Origin: Spirochaetales bacterium
GTDB lineage: Bacteria > Spirochaetota > Spirochaetia > UBA9216
Reading direction: 5' to 3'
NCBI GenBank assembly: GCA_016839055.1
Contig: JAEKNX010000002.1
Location: forward strand, 377,451-441,450
Length of the DNA: 64,000 bases
Below the pieces are notes generated by a model. It searched no databases and was not told the DNA's origin. It saw nothing but the letters and a program-made list of their open reading frames with translations. How positions within the stretch are numbered: the first letter of the stretch is position 1; each line of letters starts with the position of its first letter. Position numbers and translations under genes: made by a program. Shown here piece by piece: positions 1-10,019 of this stretch.

Positions 1-1
1 T

Positions 2-397
2 ATCGATACTCCCTGGGGGAAGGTAGGAGTGGCTATCTGTTTTGATATTAGATTTGCCGAGCTGTTCAGGTTTATGGCACAGGAGGGCGCGCATACGGTG
101 ATTGTCCCTGCAGCCTTTAATATGACCACCGGACCGGCTCACTGGGAGCTGAGCTTCAGGATGAGAGCCGTCGATAATCAGATTTATATGGCCGGGCCTT
201 CTCCGGCGAGAAACAATGAGGCTGGTTATGTCTCATGGGCGAATTCAATCATCGTCGACCCCTGGGGAAGGGTCCTTGAGAAGCTTGATGCCGATGAAGG
301 AATAATAATTCACGAGATAGACCCCGGCTACGCGGAGAGCATCAGGGCGCAGTTGCCGATACTCTCCGGAGTTAAGCAAGAGGGATATTCGTTATAA
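2..397 (+). CDS. Carbon-nitrogen hydrolase (nitrilase superfamily, Nit/omega-amidase-like), 5'-truncated by the window edge
   Basis: Frame is open from base 2 (IDTPWGKVGVAICFDIRF). Catalytic-Cys motif ICFDIRF, plus PAAFNMTTGPAHW and SIIVDPWG. Confidence 0.9.
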   Translation: MDTPWGKVGVAICFDIRFAELFRFMAQEGAHTVIVPAAFNMTTGPAHWELSFRMRAVDNQIYMAGPSPARNNEAGYVSWANSIIVDPWGRVLEKLDADEGIIIHEIDPGYAESIRAQLPILSGVKQEGYSL

Positions 398-1573
398 GAG
401 TCCGAAGAGCCATCCTGCGAAGGTTGATAATATTACTACCAGAAACACATAGACCGACGTCTTCTTTATGCCCAGCTCACCATTAATGACAAGGATGGAC
501 GGTAGAGACAGTGACGGGCCTGCCAGAAGCAGCGCGAGAGCAGGTCCCCTTGCCATGCCGGCGCCAATGAGTCCCTGGAGGATTGGCACTTCTGTCAGAG
601 TCGCAAAGTACATGAAAGCACCCGATATTGCCGCAAGGAAGTTTGACGCAACCGAATTGGTTCCGACCAGGGATGCAATCCATTCCACCGGAATAAGCGC
701 CTGATGGCCCGGACGACCGAGAAGGAAACCTGCAACAAGGACGCCTCCGAACAGGAAGGGCAGGATTTGAAGGGCGAAATCACGCGTTGCTCCTCCCCAT
801 TGTTTTAGATCATCGCGGCTGAACCATTTTACGAGTGAGACGATGAGTAACACGCCGAAGATCGCGGTTATCAGGTACTTATACCGGAAAATCAGATCCC
901 AGGCTGAACTGCCTCCCTTCGAATTCGCCCAGTTTACAAAGACGAGGATTCCTATCATCGAGAACATATAGAGCATCATCTTCCCAAGAGATTTTCCTTC
1001 TCCATCATCCTGGTATTTAAACATCCTCTCATCGGCAAGCCTCTTCTCATCTTCCTTTCGAAAGATAAACTGCATGAGAAGTCCTATAACAACCGCGAAT
1101 GTTACCGCTCCGGCCATTCTGGCAAGGCCCAGCTGCCATCCGAAGACCTTGTATGACATAACTATAGCAAGAATGTTGATGGCCGGTCCTGAATAAAGGA
1201 AGCTTACAGCTGGTCCAAGTCCTGCACCCTTTTTGTATATTCCCTTGAAAAGGGGAAGTACCGTGCATGAGCAGACCGCGAGGATTGCACCTGATATCGA
1301 GGCCACACCATAGGCGACGGCCTTGGGTGCCTTGGGCCCCAGGTAACGTATAACAGCCTGCTGGTTTAAAAATACCGTTATAGCGCCCGCGATGAACATA
1401 GCAGGCACTAGGCACAACAGAACATGCTCTCTGGCGTACTCGCCAAGCATCATAAAGGCTTCGCCTATGGCACCTGCTATCCTGGGGCTGTCAAACGGAA
1501 TGAAGTAGGCTCCTGCAAACACGGCAGCTATAAACAGGAGAACTTTATTCGGAGAGAGTTCATTTTTTGCCAT
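392..1573 (-). CDS. DUF318/ArsP-family permease
   Basis: Multi-TM protein with LAVCSCTVLPLF, FLYSGPAIN, FMYFATLTEVPI and LLAGPSLSLPS motifs; lies next to an ArsR gene and a small thioredoxin-fold gene. Confidence 0.85.
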   Translation of the reverse strand: MAKNELSPNKVLLFIAAVFAGAYFIPFDSPRIAGAIGEAFMMLGEYAREHVLLCLVPAMFIAGAITVFLNQQAVIRYLGPKAPKAVAYGVASISGAILAVCSCTVLPLFKGIYKKGAGLGPAVSFLYSGPAINILAIVMSYKVFGWQLGLARMAGAVTFAVVIGLLMQFIFRKEDEKRLADERMFKYQDDGEGKSLGKMMLYMFSMIGILVFVNWANSKGGSSAWDLIFRYKYLITAIFGVLLIVSLVKWFSRDDLKQWGGATRDFALQILPFLFGGVLVAGFLLGRPGHQALIPVEWIASLVGTNSVASNFLAAISGAFMYFATLTEVPILQGLIGAGMARGPALALLLAGPSLSLPSILVINGELGIKKTSVYVFLVVILSTFAGWLFGLL

Positions 1574-1579
1574 CTGGTT

Positions 1580-1816
1580 TTATACTTCCTTTAAGATTTT
1601 TTCAATCTGTTCTGGTTTTAACAGTTTGCCGCTTGATTTAACATCGCCGTCTATGGCCAGTGCAGGAGTTATCATTACTCCCATACTCATGATGGTGTCC
1701 ATGTCTGTTATCTTCTCAACTACGGCATCAAGCTGAATATTTGCAACCGCTTTCCTGGCATTGGCCTCGAGGGCCTTGCATTTCGCACATCCTGAGCCTA
1801 AAATCTGTATAGTCAT
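1580..1816 (-). CDS. Small redox-active disulfide protein (thioredoxin_3 family)
   Basis: IQILGSGCAKC CxxC and GVMITPALAIDG; SD AAGGAG upstream. Confidence 0.9.
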   Translation of the reverse strand: MTIQILGSGCAKCKALEANARKAVANIQLDAVVEKITDMDTIMSMGVMITPALAIDGDVKSSGKLLKPEQIEKILKEV

Positions 1817-1837
1817 GTGAACTCCTTAAATGTTCTA

Positions 1838-1909
1838 AGTTTCTAAATAATGAAACAAAGAAACAGAATAGTCAATAGCATGTTGACAAAGTTTCTTAAA
1901 TTTGAAACT
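1838..1909. promoter_or_regulatory. Divergent promoter region with two putative ArsR operators GTTTC-N8-GAAAC
   Basis: GTTTCtaaataatGAAAC at 1839-1856 and aGTTTCttaaatttGAAACt at 1890-1909. Back-to-back -35 boxes: TTGACT on minus at 1870-1875 and TTGACA on plus at 1883-1888. Confidence 0.7.
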
Positions 1910-1923
1910 ATGAGGCAGATATT

Positions 1924-2241
1924 ATGATGAATGAAAACGATAAAAAACGATGTGAGCTAAGGGCTCATATGTTCAAGGCGCTCGCGCATCCGGTAAGGAT
2001 ATTCTTTTTAGAAAAACTAAAAGAGGACTCGTGGTGCGTCTGTAAACTGGCTGAAGAGGCGGGAATTCCGAAATCCGCAGCATCTAAGCATCTGTCACAG
2101 CTAAAGGAAGCTGGACTCGTGGATGACGAGAAAAAGGGCACTATGGTTGAATACTGTTTAACAGCCCCCTGTGTTCTAGAGATGGCATCCTGTGCCGAAG
2201 GCGCGGTTCTTGCTAATAGACGAAAGAATCTCGGTTTATAG
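1924..2241 (+). CDS. ArsR/SmtB-family transcriptional repressor
   Basis: FKALAHPVR, WCVCKLA and ASKHLSQLKEAGLV winged-helix signature. Confidence 0.92.
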   Translation: MMNENDKKRCELRAHMFKALAHPVRIFFLEKLKEDSWCVCKLAEEAGIPKSAASKHLSQLKEAGLVDDEKKGTMVEYCLTAPCVLEMASCAEGAVLANRRKNLGL

Positions 2242-2306
2242 CGGAAACCATAACCTGTAATCAAGAGTCTGTTTTGAGACAGTCAAATAGAGCAGGGATT
2301 CGTCAA

Positions 2307-2600
2307 TCAGGAATCTTGAATCAGATTTTCAAGCTCCGGGGAACGTTTCTGGATAGCCCTTGAATATACGGAAAGGAGGCGGTTCTTCTCATTGGGGCCA
2401 ACTTTCCGGTAATCTCCTTCAAGGCCGTTCTTTTGTACCAGCCTGTGGATCTTGAGCTCGCCGAGAGAAGGCAAGGGTTCGCGTGTATAGTGAATTACAT
2501 AATCATGCAAATCATCAAATTCCTCGATAAATTCCATATACTCATTATTTCCTAGGTCGTAAACATCACCCTTCTTCGGCATATCATTCTCCTGCTGCAT
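2307..2600 (-). CDS. Hypothetical protein
   Basis: 97-aa ORF filling the intergenic gap; no recognised motif. Confidence 0.55.
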   Translation of the reverse strand: MQQENDMPKKGDVYDLGNNEYMEFIEEFDDLHDYVIHYTREPLPSLGELKIHRLVQKNGLEGDYRKVGPNEKNRLLSVYSRAIQKRSPELENLIQDS

Positions 2601-2688
2601 TCTGCTTTAAATAAAATAATCCAAAACTGCCTTTTTAGCAATGAAAAAGAGGCTTTGATCAATTAAACTATTGCTTTATAATCCGGTT

Positions 2689-3144
2689 ATGATTCCAGCA
2701 GATATCAAGAATTTACTTGAACAGAATAATCTCAAAGCAATTGAATTTGAGGACGGCAGTACTCCCACCGCGGTAACCGCGGCTGAAAAACTTGGAGTAG
2801 AAACAGGACAGATAGCAAAATCAATTTTGCTGAAAGGCAAAAACAGTGGTTTTTATCTTGTAGTCTGTGCCGGAGACAAGCGGGTTTCGACAGCAAAACT
2901 GAAAACCTTGATCGGAACAAAGACGCGTATGGCGACGCGGGAAGAACTCTTTCAGGAGCTCAGCTTCAAGCCGGGAGAAGTCTGTCCGTTCAGACCGGAG
3001 AGAGTTGCGGTTTTCATAGATAAAAGTCTTGAAGAATTTGATCTGGTATATCCCGCCGCGGGCACTGATTCTTCAGGTGTCCCTGTAACTTATGAAAAAC
3101 TTATCAAGATGACTGGTGCCGGCGAATGCGACGTAACAGGCTGA
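2689..3144 (+). CDS. YbaK/EbsC-family aminoacyl-tRNA deacylase-like protein
   Basis: TPTAVTAAEKLGVETGQIAKSILLK, GEVCPF and VYPAAG motifs. ATG 2689 chosen because it lies 6 nt after TATAAT. Confidence 0.88.
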   Translation: MIPADIKNLLEQNNLKAIEFEDGSTPTAVTAAEKLGVETGQIAKSILLKGKNSGFYLVVCAGDKRVSTAKLKTLIGTKTRMATREELFQELSFKPGEVCPFRPERVAVFIDKSLEEFDLVYPAAGTDSSGVPVTYEKLIKMTGAGECDVTG

Positions 3145-4436
3145 AATTTATAGGCTGGGTAATCCCTGCAATGGTGCTGATTTCCTGTAACGGAAGGTTC
3201 GGAGCGATGATCCCGGATTATTCGGCTTATAATGCTCTTGCTCCTGGTGGGCTCGAGGTGACTCTGGAACATGATTTCAGCTTTGAAGCTCTGGATGGTT
3301 TTCGGGGGCTTATTCATGATTTTAATAATACAAATGAATATGGAATTAACATAAAGCTGACATCAGGACAGTCCGAAGGCAAGGCTGATCTGAGGTTTGT
3401 GGCGTCCCCGGTTGCCGCATCAATGCTTCGCCGGGGAGAGAGCATCGAGCTCTCACCGCTTGTATATCATCCCGTCTGGGGGTTGGAAAACAGGCGTGAT
3501 GATTTTTACCGGGAGGCAAGAGCCCAGACCGATTACTGGAGCTTCAGCAGGAAAATAACCTCGATTCCAGTTCTAATGAGTGCGGAAGTGCTGCTTGTAA
3601 ACAACGGGATTCTGCAGGAATATGGTTTCTCAAAATTTCCCGGAAGCTGGCCGGTTATGAACTTTCTATTATGGAAAATAAAAAATGAAGGCTTGTACAG
3701 CGGAATGGGGATGGATTTCAGTGCTGACTCGGTTATAGCCATGATAAATGCCCGCGGCGGATCCATCCTGCGGCCTGGCGGTTTTTCATACAGTTTCAAT
3801 AACCCTGTGGTGAACGGGACTCTCCGCTATATTCGCGAACGCTCGGAAGACTTGGTTATCTCCGGCAACAATACCGATTATCTCAACCAGAGTGAGTTTT
3901 CCTTTGGAAAACTTTTATCTGCTTTCACCGGACCTGAGGGAATCAGGTATTATGACAAGCTCATCAGGGCGGTCAATCCTGATCTCAACTGGACAACGGC
4001 TCTCCTTCCGACAAGACGTCTTGGTAGCGGTTTGACCGCGGACTGTCGAAGCAGCGTTGTAATTACTGCATCGGATTCAGAAAAACAACTTGCCGCCTGG
4101 CTTTTTATAAAGTGGCTGACCTCTGTGGATGTTCAGGTACGCCTTGCCGGAATAACGGGTTCATTTCCCGCGAATTTCAGGGCGGCTGAAAAAATCATCG
4201 AGTCGCCGTCTGCTGCTGCTTCTCTGCCTGTCCAATGGGTTTCTGCTCTGGAGAAATTTCATAAGGCTTATAAAGAGTTACTTCCGAATTTCTCTGATTA
4301 TCCTGAAGTTTCGCTTAAGTTTGAAGGTTTAATTGAGGGTTCTCAGAACGGAGATTTGATATGGATTGAAACCTGGAAACTAAACAGGGAAGTTAAAAAG
4401 CAAAGGCGAGATGAACGAAAAAAAAGGCGGGAATAA
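3126..4436 (+). CDS. Extracellular solute-binding lipoprotein (UgpB/sugar-binding family 1-like), no adjacent ABC permease
   Basis: Lipobox LISC; EKQLAAWLFIKWLTS...TGSFP motif typical of cluster-1 solute-binding proteins. Confidence 0.7.
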   Translation: MRRNRLKFIGWVIPAMVLISCNGRFGAMIPDYSAYNALAPGGLEVTLEHDFSFEALDGFRGLIHDFNNTNEYGINIKLTSGQSEGKADLRFVASPVAASMLRRGESIELSPLVYHPVWGLENRRDDFYREARAQTDYWSFSRKITSIPVLMSAEVLLVNNGILQEYGFSKFPGSWPVMNFLLWKIKNEGLYSGMGMDFSADSVIAMINARGGSILRPGGFSYSFNNPVVNGTLRYIRERSEDLVISGNNTDYLNQSEFSFGKLLSAFTGPEGIRYYDKLIRAVNPDLNWTTALLPTRRLGSGLTADCRSSVVITASDSEKQLAAWLFIKWLTSVDVQVRLAGITGSFPANFRAAEKIIESPSAAASLPVQWVSALEKFHKAYKELLPNFSDYPEVSLKFEGLIEGSQNGDLIWIETWKLNREVKKQRRDERKKRRE

Positions 4437-4437
4437 G

Positions 4438-4797
4438 ATGAAGAAAGTATTAATGGTCTCAAACAGCTGGCGTCCATCGGAAGAAGAACAGATATGCCTA
4501 AAATGCGGAAGCAGTATCGAGTACAGCTGGGGAGATTATTCCTTCAGATATTTTGAAAAAAAAGATAAATCTGATTTGGGGATACTCTGCAAGAGCTGTG
4601 CTGTCGAGCTGAAGAATACGGATAAACAAGTTAAGGTAATAAACAGATCATATATAATGGATTTAATCAGTATGAAGAATTCCGGCTGGAAACCCCAGCC
4701 CAAACAGAAGGCGCGGTGGGGTTCCGGCGGCTCAGACTCCGGTGGAGGAGCGGCGGGTGAAATCAATCCTGATAATAAAGAAGATGCTGATAAATGA
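4438..4797 (+). CDS. Hypothetical protein with two CxxC motifs (possible Zn ribbon)
   Basis: CLKC and CKSC motifs; Gly-rich tail overlapping the convergent MFS gene. ATG 4438 follows the upstream stop. Confidence 0.55.
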   Translation: MKKVLMVSNSWRPSEEEQICLKCGSSIEYSWGDYSFRYFEKKDKSDLGILCKSCAVELKNTDKQVKVINRSYIMDLISMKNSGWKPQPKQKARWGSGGSDSGGGAAGEINPDNKEDADK

Positions 4798-6009
4798 CAG
4801 CAGGCCCATAATTCCGAAGACTATTCTGTAAGAATCGGCGGTAAGGAATGAGAGAGTATCAAGGAGTTTTCCGCTCAACAGCGAAATACCCATACTCAGC
4901 GGGAGCAGGATTATTGAGGCGGCAGCGAAGATACTAGTTGTATCTGATGCTCCGGAAATAATTTTTACTGCCGGAGCATAGATGAGACTCCTTATCGCTT
5001 TTGAGAAACCGAGAAGAACGCTTGCTCCGAGGAATACCGGAAGACCTGTGCCGGTTACTAGCAGGATGACCGCGCCTATACTGCATATTCTTGAAATAAC
5101 GCATTTGGTTTTCAGCTGAAACAGATTGAATGAGCCGAAAATAATGTTTGTTGTAATCTGTCCGGCATAATTAAATCCTACGAAAAATCCGGCTGCCGCT
5201 GCAGGAGAAATATTGTGATAAACTACGGCATAGTTGGCATAAAATGACATGACGGCGATAACCGCATAGAGTTCAATGTCGCTAAGCAGAAAGAGCATGA
5301 GATTTTTGTCGCCGAGGGTGCTTTTAAAGGCCTGGCGGATGAATGAGCCGAATCCCTGTCTGTCTATTTGGGTATCAGCCTTTGATTCCTCTTCTTTGGT
5401 AAGAAGAAAAGCGAATGACCCGAAAAAGAATAACAGTCCGCAGAAGATAAACAGCAGTGCTGAATTAGATGGAGTAATGCTCCGGCTATGGAAATAATCG
5501 GCGATAAAAAAACTGCATATAAGCCGGCCGGCAGATTGTGCAATCATCATTATCGCAACTGCCGGTAGAAGCTGTGCGGGTTTAAAAAGTTTCACAAAGT
5601 AATTCTGCCAGACCGGGAGAGTCATTCCAATTCCGATGCTGAATACCGAATACAGGATGAAAAAGACAGCGAGAGTCGACGAATGTTCACCATTGCTGAG
5701 CAGCAGGAACAGGCCGAACAGCAGGATGGCTAATGCCGGATAGAGATGGAATTTTATGACCGCGGGTCTCTTCCTGGCCAGGGGTTTTGTCCAGTAGGCG
5801 GAAACCAGGCCGAATAGCGCCTGACTGGCAAAGGCTATACCGGGAACAAAGGCTATCATGAAACTCGTCGCGCCGAGATCCTTCAGGAAGAGTTGAAGGA
5901 AGGTTGATTCTAAAACCAAGGGAAGTCCCATTCCCCAGAAGAACTCGACAATTGAAATTCCAGCTGTATTTTGAAGAAAATTACTGTTTTCTTTGTGCTC
6001 TATCATCAT
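4732..6009 (-). CDS. MFS transporter
   Basis: About 12 hydrophobic segments in two halves separated by a central hydrophilic loop. Confidence 0.82.
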   Translation of the reverse strand: MMIEHKENSNFLQNTAGISIVEFFWGMGLPLVLESTFLQLFLKDLGATSFMIAFVPGIAFASQALFGLVSAYWTKPLARKRPAVIKFHLYPALAILLFGLFLLLSNGEHSSTLAVFFILYSVFSIGIGMTLPVWQNYFVKLFKPAQLLPAVAIMMIAQSAGRLICSFFIADYFHSRSITPSNSALLFIFCGLLFFFGSFAFLLTKEEESKADTQIDRQGFGSFIRQAFKSTLGDKNLMLFLLSDIELYAVIAVMSFYANYAVVYHNISPAAAAGFFVGFNYAGQITTNIIFGSFNLFQLKTKCVISRICSIGAVILLVTGTGLPVFLGASVLLGFSKAIRSLIYAPAVKIISGASDTTSIFAAASIILLPLSMGISLLSGKLLDTLSFLTADSYRIVFGIMGLLSFISIFFIIRIDFTRRSSTGV

Positions 6010-6051
6010 TCGGGATTTTATACTAAAGTAGTAACACTTTACAATACAGGG

Positions 6052-6741
6052 ATGCCAATGAAATTTAAATTGCTAATCTTTGACCTCGACAACACCTTGT
6101 TAGACTATGAAATGGCTGAGAATTACGCTCTTGATGAGACCTTTAAATATTTTAAATTAGAGTCAACCGAGGAGCTCAAAGAGTCATTCCGGATTATTAA
6201 TGAGGAAAACTGGCAGAAACTCGAGAAGGGAGAAATTACCTCTGTCGAGCTTAGGGTATTGCGGTTCGAACAGTTTGGCAGAACCCAAGGTTTAAAATGG
6301 AATCCGAACGAGGTTAGCAGAATATATCTTGAAAACCTGGGGCGCGGAGGATTCATTATTGAAGGCGCGGATGTTCTGCTTGAGGATCTTAAAAAACACT
6401 TCCGGCTTGCATCTGTGACTAACGGAATTTCTGATGTGCAGAGGGCAAGACTTGAAAATTCTTCCTTTGACGGATATTTTAATCCCTTGGTGATTTCCGA
6501 CGAAGTGGGGGTGGCTAAACCGGATCCCGAAATATTCCGTATCCTGCTTGAGAAGGCTAATATAACCGATAAAGAATCTGTCCTGATGATAGGCGACAGC
6601 CTTACCTCGGATATAATGGGAGCGGCGGCATTCGGCATACCGTCCTGCTGGTATAACCCGAAAAATCTGCCTTCAGATTCTGATATAAGCCCCGATTTTA
6701 CGATTACAAATCTTGAGGAAATTAGAGACATAGTTCTCTGA
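6052..6741 (+). CDS. yjjG: YjjG-family HAD non-canonical pyrimidine nucleotidase
   Basis: FDLDNTLLD, VTNG, ISDEVGVAKPD and IGDSLTSDIMGA motifs. Confidence 0.88.
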   Translation: MPMKFKLLIFDLDNTLLDYEMAENYALDETFKYFKLESTEELKESFRIINEENWQKLEKGEITSVELRVLRFEQFGRTQGLKWNPNEVSRIYLENLGRGGFIIEGADVLLEDLKKHFRLASVTNGISDVQRARLENSSFDGYFNPLVISDEVGVAKPDPEIFRILLEKANITDKESVLMIGDSLTSDIMGAAAFGIPSCWYNPKNLPSDSDISPDFTITNLEEIRDIVL

Positions 6742-6758
6742 TTCAGGTATATTAAACT

Positions 6759-7124
6759 ATGGCATATTCAGACGATTATTTAAGACAGCTCAGCCGACAG
6801 AAGGCAAAGGGCGTAGCGGTGGAGCCTGAAATGGTTCGTACACTTTTTTCCAGGTATGTTTCAGATCTTCCTACCGAACTGTGTTGGGATATTTTAAATT
6901 ATTTCCTCGAAGGCTCGGATGCGGGGCAGGTCCTGGAAATTGCCGAGCGGTTATCGGTGGTGATTGATCTTTTTGAGGGTGAATACGATGAAGATGATCT
7001 CAAGCTGACCGACGAAGAGCTCTCGTTCATAAGTGAAAGCGTAAACGATTTCGCGATTAATTTGACCGATGATATGTTGATGAATGTAATGCGGGCCGCG
7101 GTTTCCCGCAGGCTGATGGGGTAA
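6759..7124 (+). CDS. Hypothetical acidic protein
   Basis: 121-aa ORF in operon-like spacing with its neighbours. Confidence 0.65.
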   Translation: MAYSDDYLRQLSRQKAKGVAVEPEMVRTLFSRYVSDLPTELCWDILNYFLEGSDAGQVLEIAERLSVVIDLFEGEYDEDDLKLTDEELSFISESVNDFAINLTDDMLMNVMRAAVSRRLMG

Positions 7125-7127
7125 CTT

Positions 7128-7709
7128 ATGTATTTTAATGAAGAACTTAGACCCGGAATACGGGATTATCTTAAAAAATCAATATGGACGGGTCTTCTTC
7201 AGGGGCTCTGCGGAATAATTTTCGGCATCTATACTCTGATATCGCCCATCGGAACTCTGAGTATATTCCTGTCCGTGATTGGACTTTTGCTCCTCCTTCA
7301 TGGCGGCCTTCTTGTTATTTCGGCATTGATGGGCATCAGAAGTGACAGCATGTGGCTCGTACTCTTTGCGGCGGGACTTTTTCAGCTGCTTCTCGGGCTG
7401 TTTATCGTATCAAAATCAGATGGCCTGTCGGAGATTGCGGTAATGCTTTCGACGGTAGGGCTCGGGCTGATAGGAATAATGACAGGAACAATCAGCTTGA
7501 TTTCTGCGATAAGATACCGTGATGCGGCACATAATGTCTGGTCTTATATCTCCCGCGGAGGACTGTTTTTTATTATCGGTGTGGCAATGCTCCTGGCTCC
7601 TTTTGGATTCGGAACGGCAATGGTAAGAACAATTGCCGTTATCGCAGTTTTCCTAGGTGCGCTTCAGAGCTGGGGCGCGGTTAAACTCTATATAGAACTC
7701 AAATCTTGA
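7128..7709 (+). CDS. HdeD/DUF308-family membrane protein
   Basis: Six TM helices with repeated G-x-x-x-I-I-x-G...P pattern. Confidence 0.75.
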   Translation: MYFNEELRPGIRDYLKKSIWTGLLQGLCGIIFGIYTLISPIGTLSIFLSVIGLLLLLHGGLLVISALMGIRSDSMWLVLFAAGLFQLLLGLFIVSKSDGLSEIAVMLSTVGLGLIGIMTGTISLISAIRYRDAAHNVWSYISRGGLFFIIGVAMLLAPFGFGTAMVRTIAVIAVFLGALQSWGAVKLYIELKS

Positions 7710-7748
7710 CGCCTGCACCAGGGGTTGTAGAATTATCCGGAGGGGAAA

Positions 7749-8384
7749 TTGAGCTTAATTAAAGTGAAAACATTCTGTCTTGGAATGTGGATGACAAATT
7801 CTTATCTCATATCAAAAGAGGGAAGTTCTGCCTGCTGGCTTATAGACGCAGGCTTTGAACCAGGGAGCATGATAGAGGAAATAAAGGCCGCGGGCCTGAG
7901 GCCTGAGCTGCTTATCTATACTCATGCCCACCTTGATCATATTGCCGGAGCCGACGCAGTAATATCGGCCTTTCCTGAGATCAAGACCGCAATATCTTCC
8001 GAGGAAGCAGCCTTTCTCTCTGATCCGGCCCTTAATCTCTCTACATCAACCGGTATGAATATAACGGCACCTCCTGCAGATATGGAACTCTCGGACGGCG
8101 AGGAACTTGATTTTGAAGGCTTTATTTTTAAAGTTCTGCATACTCCCGGACACAGCCCGGGCGGAATATGTCTGTATCAGCGTGAAAGTGATATTCTTTT
8201 TTCCGGTGACACCCTGTTTCAGGGTTCGGTAGGCCGTTATGATTTTCCGACCTCAAACGGAGAGGCTCTGATGGCTTCGATAAAAGAGAAGCTGATTACT
8301 CTTCCTGATACCACTATTATTTATCCGGGACACGGCGGTTCGAGCCGGATAGGCGATGAGAAAAGAACAAATCCTTTTCTATAG
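7749..8384 (+). CDS. MBL-fold metallo-hydrolase (glyoxalase II/YcbL-like)
   Basis: THAHLDH, HTPGHSPG, FSGDTLF and YPGHG motifs; TTG start with SD GGAGG. Confidence 0.92.
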   Translation: MSLIKVKTFCLGMWMTNSYLISKEGSSACWLIDAGFEPGSMIEEIKAAGLRPELLIYTHAHLDHIAGADAVISAFPEIKTAISSEEAAFLSDPALNLSTSTGMNITAPPADMELSDGEELDFEGFIFKVLHTPGHSPGGICLYQRESDILFSGDTLFQGSVGRYDFPTSNGEALMASIKEKLITLPDTTIIYPGHGGSSRIGDEKRTNPFL

Positions 8385-8520
8385 GAATCGAAAGGGTTTT
8401 CTGAGTCAGGCATTCGGAAAAATGTCCGCTGCCGTATATGAGAACTGCGAAAATATCAGTTCTTTATAAGGAGCTTGAGAAGTCATTTGCCAGGAAAATA
8501 AAGAGATTTAAGGTGAAAAA

Positions 8521-9723
8521 ATGAAGAACCTTTACAGCTTATTATCCGGGAAGGCAAAGAGCCTCCTGTTTTTCTCAGTATTACTAGCTGCCGGTTTTCC
8601 GCTTTTAGCAGAGGTGATTTATATCGAGGATATGGGCTTTGTTATAGATCTGCCCATAGGCTGGGAAGTGATGGATGTTACCGAATCACGTTATACTTTC
8701 AATGATTTTACAGGCGACGCTTTTCTTCAATTGAAAATGTGGCCGGGAGACAAATATGACTCAGCTGAGGGTATGTTTGATCTTGTCGGCCAGGATATAG
8801 GCGCCTCGGGTGAGGGCGACAGCTTCGACTTCTATGGCCGGGAGGCTGTTTTTGCCTCCATAGATTTCATATCCGGAGATTTTGATTATTCAGGCTATGG
8901 TCTATTCGCCGATGGTGAGGACTATGATTTAACCATCCTCGCTTTCGCCTCATCCGCCAAGGCGGAGCAGCTTGCCGATTACCTTTTGTCGGCACTCGAT
9001 TCATTTTCACTTTCACCTGGGCTGATGTTTAATCCGGGTCCGGTCAGCCGGTACTATCTTGAGTCATATGAGAGCCCCGAGAGGGTGGATGCCGTAACCG
9101 CTTTTGAAGGTGTTGCCGTGGAATGGCAGATTGATAATCACGCGGTTGAAGCCTCACAGCTTGTAATTGAGCGTGAAGCAGCAGTTCTCTCCGATTATAA
9201 ACCCCAGACCGAGGCAGGGACAGAGGCCTGGAAGCGGTACTACAGGATGGTTTACAGGGATACTTACTCCCGGCTCGATTATCCGGCGGCTCTGCTGAAA
9301 GAGCGGCTTAAGGCTTCCCCCGGCCAAACCTTAAGTACCGAAGCACATGAGCTTGAAACAGCAGAAAGGCTTCTATCATGGGTTCAGCTCTTTAGCTATC
9401 GGCGCACAGGCGGGTCGGACCTGATTAGCCCGTTTTCGGCCGCGGCCTTTCAGGAAGGTGACTGTGACAGCCGAAGCCTCCTTTACATAATCCTGTTAAA
9501 CCATTATGGTATTGATTCCGCTTTAATGGTCTCATCGATCTACAGTCACGCAATGGCTGCCGTGGATGTTGAGGCAAGAGGAGCAAAAATCAGAATAAAT
9601 AACAGAGATTTTACAGTCGCCGAGACTACCGATGATGTTGACATCGGGATGATAGCAGCCGATATGGCTGATCCGGCAAACTGGATTATCATACCGTTAA
9701 TGGAGAAGGAACCATGGAATTAA
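8521..9723 (+). CDS. Exported protein with C-terminal transglutaminase-like cysteine-protease domain
   Basis: Signal peptide; GDCDSRS (Cys), SHAM (His) and VAETT. Confidence 0.65.
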   Translation: MKNLYSLLSGKAKSLLFFSVLLAAGFPLLAEVIYIEDMGFVIDLPIGWEVMDVTESRYTFNDFTGDAFLQLKMWPGDKYDSAEGMFDLVGQDIGASGEGDSFDFYGREAVFASIDFISGDFDYSGYGLFADGEDYDLTILAFASSAKAEQLADYLLSALDSFSLSPGLMFNPGPVSRYYLESYESPERVDAVTAFEGVAVEWQIDNHAVEASQLVIEREAAVLSDYKPQTEAGTEAWKRYYRMVYRDTYSRLDYPAALLKERLKASPGQTLSTEAHELETAERLLSWVQLFSYRRTGGSDLISPFSAAAFQEGDCDSRSLLYIILLNHYGIDSALMVSSIYSHAMAAVDVEARGAKIRINNRDFTVAETTDDVDIGMIAADMADPANWIIIPLMEKEPWN

Positions 9724-10019
9724 AAGGATATCAGAGAAGCTACCTTACAAAGCTGTCTCACGAAATTAATCCTTCGGTTATGCTCGGCACTAAGGGGCTG
9801 ACAGAACCGCTTATCAGACAGACCGAAGAGGTCATCGAACATCATGAACTCATTAAAGTGAGATTTGTTGATTATAAAAAGAGCCGGGAAGAACTATCAC
9901 TCGAGCTTGCGAAGGCCGTCGATGCTCAGCTTGTCAGGGTGATAGGAAATATCGCAATTCTTTACCGGATGGCGAGAATCCCGGAACATCGGAAAATCAG
10001 AATACCCACAAATAAATAA
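9714..10019 (+). CDS. yhbY: YhbY/CRM-domain RNA-binding protein
   Basis: LKGYQRSYL, HELIKV and VIGNIAILYR motifs. Confidence 0.9.
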   Translation: MELKGYQRSYLTKLSHEINPSVMLGTKGLTEPLIRQTEEVIEHHELIKVRFVDYKKSREELSLELAKAVDAQLVRVIGNIAILYRMARIPEHRKIRIPTNK

